IMG/VR virus record: IMGVR_UViG_3300019886_000007 | Coordinates: 1 to 51,421 of that record | Source of the DNA: a virus | Lineage: Duplodnaviria; Caudoviricetes | Length of the DNA: 51,421 nucleotides | Strand: one strand, 5' to 3' | In this document: positions 1-7,627 of the stretch, piece after piece | How the letters are laid out: each line of letters opens with the position of its first letter | Numbering within the stretch: the first letter of the stretch is position 1 | Notes under the pieces: model-generated | What the model saw: the letters and a program-made list of their open reading frames with translations, nothing else | Databases searched by the model: none | Told to the model about the DNA's origin: nothing | Translations under genes and position numbers: made by a program

Positions 1-148
1 TCTCATCTGGCGCATCGTCAGCAAACATACCACCCAACGGTGATGTATCTACTGGCGGCGCTGCCTGTGTGGTATCGTCAGGAAATAGATCAGAAAGTGG
101 TGTAGTCATTGAATAATCTTCTTAGCAATTAGTTCATCAAGTACAGCT
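1..148. repeat. Terminal direct repeat, left copy (circular assembly overlap)
   Basis: Identical to 51274-51421 except position 22 (C) versus 51295 (G). Confidence 0.95.
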
Positions 149-1581
149 TTCGCGGCCTTAGATTTCTTTGCACGCTCTCTAAGATCAGTAGCGAATTTGG
201 ATTTTGCTGCGGTACGAGAACGTGGGTCTTGTCCCTTTTGCATTTCATCAAGTACACCTAATGCTGTAGCGGCAGCTTGTGATAAGCTACCAGCAGGTGC
301 AGATACAGATACAGATGTACGCGAACCTCCAGCTTTACCGCCACCACCAACCGTCGCAGCATTCGGTGGAGTATTCGGTGTAGCTGTACGCGGTGCATTA
401 CTAGGCCCGACACTAGAAACTGTGTTCTCAGGATTGATAATCGTACCATCTGGATTCAATGCACGTAAGCCGTTTTTCTCATCGTACAACACGTTAATAC
501 CGTAAGGATTACCAGCAGCTTGCATGGCGGTAACGATACCAGCTAACACATTAGGCGGTTCATCGTTAGCTTTCGCTTTGAGGTACAATCCCATCAGTGA
601 TCTAATACCACCGATAGCAGCAACAGAACCTTTCTCATCAAACTGTCGCTGTGTAGTCCTACGCGCAAGTTGTGCCTGAACCACTTGCTCAGGAGTTACA
701 CCACCAAACTCAGATACTAATGGATTATCAGCACCTAAGTTAAGTGCTAAGAATGCAGCAGGAGTTGAGTAACCAGTAGTGCGTGCTTCTAATAGAGCAT
801 TATATACCAAGAGTTTTCTAATTGCATCCTCACGCTTTGCATCATCCTGACCAACCTTCATCTTCGCTAATGCTTCGCGTGTATCATTTGCTTCACCAGC
901 AAGTTTGGCTCGCAACTGTAAATCGAGTGCTCTACCCATCGGTTGCGAAAATATCGCGTTAAGCTCTCCGGGTGTATAACCACCCTCTTGTCCAGTTACA
1001 CCTTTGAGTAACTTACCAATGATAATATCTGGCTTTTCAGTTGCAATAATCTTCGCAGCAGTCATAGCTGTAGTTGCACGAACCTGTTGTTCTTGAAACG
1101 CGCCTACACCTTGTCCAGTAGCCTTTTTAGTAACTGCACCCAACGCCAACGCTGGATCAGATTCGATAGCTTCAGTCGTAGCTTTTGCCACACGTCCTTT
1201 ATACTTATCTTCCTCCACAGAACCTGGTGTTCCTTTACCACCAGTTGCCTGTGATACACCTACAAACTGTGCAATATCGGGAGAACGTAGGGCTTTCTCA
1301 ATAAACGGTGTTACAGTTTTCTCTATGATAGCGTCGTTAGATGGACGCATATTTTCAAAGAATCTACCAGCATTCGGACCAAACAACTTCTCTGTGGAAC
1401 CTGGTGTTTTGAATTCCATATCAGCAAGTTTCGTTGCAAGCTCAGGATGCTCTGCAATTGCACCCTTTAATGCTTGTTCGATACGTTTATAGGGCTGCAC
1501 GATTCCTTGAACAGCACCAGCTATGTTAGATAACGCTGGTCCAATAACATCGTCGGCACCCTGTAGCATTGGTATAGTCAT
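106..1581 (-). CDS. Internal virion (DNA ejection) protein, putative
   Basis: Ala/Gly-rich, about 491 aa from ATG 1581. Lies between a small ejection-type gene and the 1675-aa gene, and its TGA overlaps the next ATG across the genome junction. Podovirus synteny. Confidence 0.6.
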   Translation of the reverse strand: MTIPMLQGADDVIGPALSNIAGAVQGIVQPYKRIEQALKGAIAEHPELATKLADMEFKTPGSTEKLFGPNAGRFFENMRPSNDAIIEKTVTPFIEKALRSPDIAQFVGVSQATGGKGTPGSVEEDKYKGRVAKATTEAIESDPALALGAVTKKATGQGVGAFQEQQVRATTAMTAAKIIATEKPDIIIGKLLKGVTGQEGGYTPGELNAIFSQPMGRALDLQLRAKLAGEANDTREALAKMKVGQDDAKREDAIRKLLVYNALLEARTTGYSTPAAFLALNLGADNPLVSEFGGVTPEQVVQAQLARRTTQRQFDEKGSVAAIGGIRSLMGLYLKAKANDEPPNVLAGIVTAMQAAGNPYGINVLYDEKNGLRALNPDGTIINPENTVSSVGPSNAPRTATPNTPPNAATVGGGGKAGGSRTSVSVSAPAGSLSQAAATALGVLDEMQKGQDPRSRTAAKSKFATDLRERAKKSKAAKAVLDELIAKKIIQ

Positions 1582-1582
1582 A

Positions 1583-2209
1583 TTATCCAATCCCGCTAGT
1601 ATCAAATCGTGGAGCAGCACCAGCTAATGCACCTAAATCTTGTCCGGTAATCTGAGAATTTAATCCACCACCTGGTAATGATGACCCTAATCCCGGTGCA
1701 ACGAAATTCAATGCTGGCCCCGCAAGTTGACCAACTACACCAAGCGCCTGTCCTAGTCCAGTTTTCTTCTGTATCGTTTGTGCACCAGGAGTCTCTTTAT
1801 TGTATACGCTCAGATACTGTTGTAACAGTGGACCTAGTGCTTCTAATTGTAACTTACCAATCTGTGCAGTGGCTTGAGGTGCAGCTTGTGCACGATACTG
1901 ACTCTCAGCATATGCAGCAGGCGTACCAAATGACATACCGCCCTGAGCACCAAACCTAGAACGCAATGCACCAACATCACCAATTTGCTGTTGCTTTAAA
2001 ATTTCACCTAATGCACCACCAACCTTACCAGCACCTTGTGATAAGAGATCCTGGAATGTACCACGTACACCGCCTACCGCATTTGACCCTGCTGCTTGAT
2101 TAGCACCAATACCACCACCATTTAACAGGTCACTTAACAAGCCAACAAAGTCATTAGATAACGCTTTGCCGCTTTTTGATCCACCAACTGTTTCGGTTTT
2201 AGCTCCCAT
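1583..2209 (-). CDS. Internal virion / pilot protein, putative
   Basis: 208 aa, Gly/Ala/Gln-rich with a glycine-zipper-like C-terminus, directly after the GNAT gene as in podovirus ejection modules. Confidence 0.55.
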   Translation of the reverse strand: MGAKTETVGGSKSGKALSNDFVGLLSDLLNGGGIGANQAAGSNAVGGVRGTFQDLLSQGAGKVGGALGEILKQQQIGDVGALRSRFGAQGGMSFGTPAAYAESQYRAQAAPQATAQIGKLQLEALGPLLQQYLSVYNKETPGAQTIQKKTGLGQALGVVGQLAGPALNFVAPGLGSSLPGGGLNSQITGQDLGALAGAAPRFDTSGIG

Positions 2210-2810
2210 TTTGAGCCTCCAGCATTCTCATTCGATTGTCACCATAATCCATCTCGGGAAGTTCCTCGCGTAGTAATCCATAACACAACACATCAAACCA
2301 CTGTCCCTTGTATATAGCTTTACTACGCTTACGGCCTTCGTATCGGAAACCAACTTCCGAGATGAACTTTGTAGTCATGTTACTTACAAACATAGGTACT
2401 TCCACACTGAACCGTCTGAACGAATATTTCTCAAATACATGATAAAGCATAGCTCGTGAAAGATCAACGCGACCCTTTTGTCGCCTGTCGAAAAATGAGT
2501 AATGAACTTGTGCATCTAGTCCTGGTTCGATTTCTGTCATATAGAACATACCAACGAAATCATCCACTACCCAAAATAGACCATTCACTTCGATTCCGTG
2601 TGGCCCGTCTTTGACAATAAGGTTGATGAACTTGCGGAAATCTCCGCTAATCTCTTCACCAAATAGTGTTGGAAACCTGCGTGACTTCTCCCAAAACTGC
2701 TTGAGATTGTCCAAACTCAGAGGCATGAATCTAATGTGGCGTTCAAAATCGCCCTCTGGTTCGTGACAGGTAACAGATAAAATAGATGGTTCATTAAGTA
2801 TGGATGACAT
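2199..2810 (-). CDS. GNAT (RimJ/RimL-like) acetyltransferase in the virion module
   Basis: Motif KFISEVGFRYEGRKR...GQWFDVLCYGLLREE. Position after the tail nozzle gene matches T7 gp13-like genes. Confidence 0.8.
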   Translation of the reverse strand: MSSILNEPSILSVTCHEPEGDFERHIRFMPLSLDNLKQFWEKSRRFPTLFGEEISGDFRKFINLIVKDGPHGIEVNGLFWVVDDFVGMFYMTEIEPGLDAQVHYSFFDRRQKGRVDLSRAMLYHVFEKYSFRRFSVEVPMFVSNMTTKFISEVGFRYEGRKRSKAIYKGQWFDVLCYGLLREELPEMDYGDNRMRMLEAQNGS

Positions 2811-2811
2811 A

Positions 2812-4467
2812 TTACTTCCTATATGTACCAGACGGGTAAACTTTAACTTCAAATCCTTCTACATCGAAGTAACCATTTGTAGCTACCAGCCGCCACGTAA
2901 CGCGACGACAGTGAAGTACCTTTGAAAATTTAAGCAAACTGGATTTGTTAAGTTCAGTAACAGTAAACGTCTTAGTCTTTGCTACAACAAATGCTTTTCC
3001 GTCCTTGCTGTATTCCAAACGTACCGATCCACTCGTATACGCCCTGAGCTTCAAGGTAATCCGTGAGAAGTAAGAATCAACTTCCTCTGTCTCGAAATCC
3101 TTACTCTCTAGTTCTGTGCTAAACGTACCAGAGTTAGGATCAGGACTACCAGATACAGCAGGGTCATTGTACGTGTTAATGTCCTCCAAGACAATTTCAC
3201 CATCTGTTCTCCCATACATTCTAAGGTATGCGGAGACGTCAGATGGAGATAGATCATTGATTTGACCTATTAACTCATTAATAGTTCCCGGTAATGCGTC
3301 AATGGATAATCCCGCAGATGCAAATGGAATATCTGCAATACGCGAGACAATTTCCATTTCGTCATATTCCCAAGCTTTGGTACGGAAATTAAAAGTCCAG
3401 TTGCGTGTAATACCCGCACCCGCAAGTGGAATACCAATTGTGTATTCATTCTCGTCAGGCTTATAACTCCCGAATACACGATCCTTTTCATCTACTGCAC
3501 GTAAGATATCCTTTTCTACATTACGTCCAATAGGTTCAGGTGTACCATTAGGAGAATAGGCCCATACAGTCTTTGTACGTGTATCAAGCCAACATAAGTT
3601 ATTCAATGCTACAGCAGCAGAATACGGACAATCACAACCTACACCTGGAAATGCAGCGTAGAAGTTAAACGGGTTAGTAGGGATAGGATTCTTAGTTGCA
3701 ATCCATACCGATTGTTCACGTAACACTAGCATGATGTTAGTGAATCCGAAGATACCCGTTAAGAAATCCGAGAAATCGCCGGGAGAGTCTACAAGTGGAC
3801 CTGACCCTGCGCTCTCGTTTACGGATGGATTCCATTCATCTAAGACACCATCTGCACTCCAACCAACCTGTACAGGATTAGGAGAACCACCCTGTAAATT
3901 AGCACCAACAATACGATTAAAGAATGCTGTTAAGAATCTATAGTTAGTCTTAACTGTGGCTTCTGAAACGTTTAGTACCTTGTAATTAGGAATCGTAGTA
4001 ACTAATTCCTGTACTGGATTGACACCATTGTTAACAAAGAATACACGATCAAATGCAGCTACAAATTGCATCAGATCACTTTCATCGCCTGCAAGCGTGG
4101 TTACAGCAGGAGGAACGTTAGTCCATACACCACCAGCACGACTATGAATAGTATCCTTTGTGGCCCGGAAGAAGAATTCGCTTCCAGAAGATTTCTTAAA
4201 ATAATATACACATAGTACAGCTTTACTGTTAGGCTTTGTAGGAGTAAGTAATATTCCACCCGGACGACGACTTACTCTATCAAACCTAACACGAACATTC
4301 TTAGCAAGACGTAATGCGCCATTAGGAATATCAGCAGGGTCCAGAGATGTAATCATACCCTCGTTGACACGTCCTTCTGCAAGCGTAATCTCTTGCATTT
4401 GACGCACACTTTGGCCCTGCTGAATCATCTTTATCTCGCCAAATGGGCGACTCTGTGGACGGGCCAT
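2812..4467 (-). CDS. Tail tubular protein B / nozzle (packaged DNA stabilisation protein)
   Basis: 551 aa, beta-propeller-like. N-terminal GMITSLDPADIP...LAKNVR and an internal GVGC motif are typical of podovirus nozzle proteins. Confidence 0.7.
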   Translation of the reverse strand: MARPQSRPFGEIKMIQQGQSVRQMQEITLAEGRVNEGMITSLDPADIPNGALRLAKNVRVRFDRVSRRPGGILLTPTKPNSKAVLCVYYFKKSSGSEFFFRATKDTIHSRAGGVWTNVPPAVTTLAGDESDLMQFVAAFDRVFFVNNGVNPVQELVTTIPNYKVLNVSEATVKTNYRFLTAFFNRIVGANLQGGSPNPVQVGWSADGVLDEWNPSVNESAGSGPLVDSPGDFSDFLTGIFGFTNIMLVLREQSVWIATKNPIPTNPFNFYAAFPGVGCDCPYSAAVALNNLCWLDTRTKTVWAYSPNGTPEPIGRNVEKDILRAVDEKDRVFGSYKPDENEYTIGIPLAGAGITRNWTFNFRTKAWEYDEMEIVSRIADIPFASAGLSIDALPGTINELIGQINDLSPSDVSAYLRMYGRTDGEIVLEDINTYNDPAVSGSPDPNSGTFSTELESKDFETEEVDSYFSRITLKLRAYTSGSVRLEYSKDGKAFVVAKTKTFTVTELNKSSLLKFSKVLHCRRVTWRLVATNGYFDVEGFEVKVYPSGTYRK

Positions 4468-5066
4468 TATAATGTTACCGAACAGTTAGGTACAGTATAT
4501 GTTACACGGAAACCATACGCACGTGGTCCATTACCAACTAAGCGAATAAACAATAGTGTATCAGCGGTTACAGGAAAAGCTAATACACCCGATGCTGAAC
4601 ATTGTCCAATACTAGCAAGCGAACGTGTAATAATAGAAATACTAGCTTTGGTACCAGTTAAGAAACCTGTACTATATAATTCTACAGTAACAAGAACACC
4701 ACTTACAGAGTTAATTGTAGCTTCAAATCCAGTAATAGTACAACCGGCTGGCAAGCTAAACGAACCCTGCATTGCTTGTGTACCATCAAGTTGAACATAC
4801 TCTTCTTGGTGAGTTGTATCATGTTCATCTTGACGATTGGTAAGAATATGCGGACCAATTAGTAATGTCTTGGTCGCATTACCTAAAATCTCCGGTTTCA
4901 CTACAACATCAGCCTCGACCGTAGTATTGGGCATTGGTGTAGTAAACAACTTTGCAGCAAAACGTTCATCTAAATCTTGTCGTACTTCTTGAATTGCACT
5001 ATCAATCTCATTGGCATTTCTAGTGCCAGGAGGTGCTGCATTGTCCCATCCACGAGTGAATGCCAT
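4467..5066 (-). CDS. Short tail fibre / needle-like virion protein
   Basis: N-terminal WDNAAPPGTRNANEIDSAIQEVRQDLDERF resembles fibre-attachment domains, with a beta-rich C-terminus. Confidence 0.45.
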   Translation of the reverse strand: MAFTRGWDNAAPPGTRNANEIDSAIQEVRQDLDERFAAKLFTTPMPNTTVEADVVVKPEILGNATKTLLIGPHILTNRQDEHDTTHQEEYVQLDGTQAMQGSFSLPAGCTITGFEATINSVSGVLVTVELYSTGFLTGTKASISIITRSLASIGQCSASGVLAFPVTADTLLFIRLVGNGPRAYGFRVTYTVPNCSVTL

Positions 5067-5075
5067 TTTATCTCC

Positions 5076-5423
5076 TTACTCGTTTTCGTACCACACACTA
5101 ACCATGCGTGTGAAGGTGTACACTTTATTTGCTGCGAGTAGCTTGTTAGCTCCAGTATTCGTTTTAATGTTGGCCCCATTCGTAATAGTCATTTGTCCAT
5201 CACCCAATATCTTGATTACCTGTCCTTCTTGACCGAAGGTAAATTGGGTAACAGTAACGGGGCCAGTATTGGTACCTCTAAAAATAACTAGGTTCTTAAC
5301 ACTAGGAGTCGCTCCCTTCATCGTAGCCACAAACTCTTTATCCAATACAGAGTGAGTCTGTGGGGCCTCGATGATCTTCTCCCCTATCGTTCTTTGTGGA
5401 AGCGTCTTATCCTCTTGTTCCAT
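5076..5423 (-). CDS. Hypothetical virion-associated protein
   Basis: 115-aa beta-rich ORF coupled to its neighbours. Confidence 0.45.
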   Translation of the reverse strand: MEQEDKTLPQRTIGEKIIEAPQTHSVLDKEFVATMKGATPSVKNLVIFRGTNTGPVTVTQFTFGQEGQVIKILGDGQMTITNGANIKTNTGANKLLAANKVYTFTRMVSVWYENE

Positions 5424-5667
5424 TCGTTGCCTTTAAACGATTCGGGTTAATATCTGTACCATTCATCAATCTACCAAGTAGCGAATTATGAAAGTATCTT
5501 TCATTAGCTGACATTCTATCATTGCGTCCTCTATGCTCAAGCCCGTGAATGGCAGCAATTAATGCAGGTGATGGGCTAGGCTGTTCTAATGCTGCATCTA
5601 ATAATGCTCTCCACCTAGGCCCGTTTTGTTTTCTGCCACCTGCCCCAATGTATTTAATAGTAGCCAT
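5407..5667 (-). CDS. Hypothetical protein
   Basis: 86-aa ORF in operon order. Confidence 0.45.
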   Translation of the reverse strand: MATIKYIGAGGRKQNGPRWRALLDAALEQPSPSPALIAAIHGLEHRGRNDRMSANERYFHNSLLGRLMNGTDINPNRLKATNGTRG

Positions 5668-5669
5668 GT

Positions 5670-6143
5670 TCAGAAAGAGTCGTGTACAATCTTAATTAGT
5701 GTCATCGGCGGTGGAACAGCAGTACGAATATACGCGAAGGCCCACGCACCAGGAACGCTGCACTTGCCACCACGACATTGATAAATAGAATCACCAATAA
5801 CATTAACTGAGTCACCATATGCTGGCTTCTTTAGCTTAAACGAATCAGCAAGTCCTGCTGTACCAAATTTCCGTCTAATTCTCGTATTAGCTATACGAGT
5901 TACGGTATCAATACCATAGAACTTGAAGTTTTTACTCACATGCATGATATAAACTGTACTATCAGCAACACCAAGACTATCTTTAGGTTGCGTCCAAGAT
6001 AGAGCAATCTTTAATGAATCACCAGCAATGGTAACATTGTACGCATCCGGTGCCCAACTAAGCTGAACAGGTGGAGGTGCTACTGTTGCTGTCTGTGCAG
6101 CCATTGTTGAAACTAATAAACCAATCATAATAATTGTTTTCAT
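5670..6143 (-). CDS. Secreted/periplasmic beta-sandwich protein
   Basis: Signal peptide MKTIIMIGLLVSTMAAQ. TAATG coupling with the endolysin stop. CxxxxC near the C-terminus. Confidence 0.5.
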   Translation of the reverse strand: MKTIIMIGLLVSTMAAQTATVAPPPVQLSWAPDAYNVTIAGDSLKIALSWTQPKDSLGVADSTVYIMHVSKNFKFYGIDTVTRIANTRIRRKFGTAGLADSFKLKKPAYGDSVNVIGDSIYQCRGGKCSVPGAWAFAYIRTAVPPPMTLIKIVHDSF

Positions 6144-6580
6144 TATTGCCATTCTCCGGTGCGAAGTTGTTCTGCTAGTCTCTTAGCTCTATCTGGCGTC
6201 TGTGTAGCCCACTTACTCTGCAACATCGCGTGAGAAGCCTCTTCAAATTTTCCATCACGAATGAGATTCAGTGTGTTCACGAAAAGAAACAAACCACCAG
6301 TTCCCATCTGAAATGCCATATTTAAGAGCACACCTTGGCGTGGTGGATTTAGGTTATCAAGCCACGGAAGATATTCCTTAATCGTAGCTGTGATTCGCCG
6401 TATATCATTGTTCAGTAAATATGCTGCCTCTTCTTTTGTGATTCCACCACCTTTACGGCGATCAATTAATCTTCCAACACCTATTGTCCAGAAACCAAGA
6501 TGATCTTGATAAGCATGAAGTACCTCAAGCTCATCAATTCTCAATTGACTTTCCAGATTATGAACACCTGCTCGTCCCAT
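6143..6580 (-). CDS. Endolysin, T4-like lysozyme (GH24)
   Basis: E-x8-D-x5-T triad in DELEVLHAYQDHLGFWTIGVG, plus LNMAFQMG and SKWATQTPDRAKRL. Confidence 0.93.
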   Translation of the reverse strand: MGRAGVHNLESQLRIDELEVLHAYQDHLGFWTIGVGRLIDRRKGGGITKEEAAYLLNNDIRRITATIKEYLPWLDNLNPPRQGVLLNMAFQMGTGGLFLFVNTLNLIRDGKFEEASHAMLQSKWATQTPDRAKRLAEQLRTGEWQ

Positions 6581-6867
6581 TATTCTCCCTCGCTTCGTAT
6601 CGCTTCAGGTGCATCCGCGTCAGGACGAACCTCCCTACGATCACCGATACCTTTACCAAGAGCAACGAGGAATGTACCGAGTGCACCAGCAATCTTACAG
6701 ATGGTCGTTAACGCCGGAGCATGATCATGAATCCACTCAGGACCAATTTGGATGCACGCAGCACTAAATGCAGCAACGGTGAGACCAATATACGAAACAG
6801 TCTTCTTATCTGATGCCGCATGCAACTGATACTTGATCCACTTCACAATTTCTGCTACACGTTCCAT
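6580..6867 (-). CDS. Holin, putative
   Basis: 95 aa, two hydrophobic segments, charged C-terminus, coupled to the endolysin. Confidence 0.6.
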   Translation of the reverse strand: MERVAEIVKWIKYQLHAASDKKTVSYIGLTVAAFSAACIQIGPEWIHDHAPALTTICKIAGALGTFLVALGKGIGDRREVRPDADAPEAIRSEGE

Positions 6868-7292
6868 TACTCGCCTACCTTTTCTTTATAATCGGTGACA
6901 GGCGCATCCTCTACAAGCTGAGGCTTTGGTAATTCCTTTGGAGTATTTGTTAACCACTCATATAAACTATCAGCCTTACGTGTGTAGCGCGCCTGCCATG
7001 CAACTTCATTTAGAGCAGTCATTAACAAATCAAACTCAGTATCTTCTAATGATACGATACCACCATCATCCCCCAAATCGAACGATTTAGATTGGGTAGT
7101 ACGCCCGCTAACGTGTCCGATATTCTCCAGCTTAGTGAGAACTCGCCCAAAAATTCTCGTTTCGGGCTTAGTGAAACCATGTGGAGTGTTACTACCTGAG
7201 TCATATATAAGTTGATACAACTCCTTGAAAGTTTCGATGGCCCCTAAACCATCTTCCCGAGTATCGGATTTTCCAAAGACTAGGTGATGCAT
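6867..7292 (-). CDS. Hypothetical protein, possible fibre assembly chaperone
   Basis: ATG 7292 preceded by AGAGGG, downstream of the tail fibre gene. Confidence 0.45.
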   Translation of the reverse strand: MHHLVFGKSDTREDGLGAIETFKELYQLIYDSGSNTPHGFTKPETRIFGRVLTKLENIGHVSGRTTQSKSFDLGDDGGIVSLEDTEFDLLMTALNEVAWQARYTRKADSLYEWLTNTPKELPKPQLVEDAPVTDYKEKVGE

Positions 7293-7338
7293 ACGGGTAA
7301 CCCTCTTTCCTTGATTGAGTACAAGACCTGGGTATTTG

Positions 7339-7626
7339 TTACGCTGGCGCTTCCGCATTGAGTACCGCCAAACATGTAGTGGTTAAATCGGTGTCAACAA
7401 CCGCAGCACCTTGATTCTGAATAATGTTCTTACGTAGTACACGTGGAATCAATACTTGTAGACTTTTACGATCAAATAATAGATCTTTGGCCCACTGTTT
7501 CTTAGTTGTTGATGTAGCTCCATCAGCAATAATTGTTTCTAATCCATTCTCTAACGCAGCTGTAATACGTCTACTTAAATCCTCATCCAGTTTTAGATTA
7601 AACTGTTGTAACAGTGTCAATGCCAT
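7339..7626 (-). CDS. Tail fibre-associated small protein
   Basis: 95-aa ORF immediately after the tail fibre gene. Confidence 0.45.
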   Translation of the reverse strand: MALTLLQQFNLKLDEDLSRRITAALENGLETIIADGATSTTKKQWAKDLLFDRKSLQVLIPRVLRKNIIQNQGAAVVDTDLTTTCLAVLNAEAPA

Positions 7627-7627
7627 A

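Noticed and set aside
1-148. Terminal repeat as a biological direct terminal repeat
   Set aside because: It falls across two coupled virion genes and is about one read long, so assembly overlap is more likely
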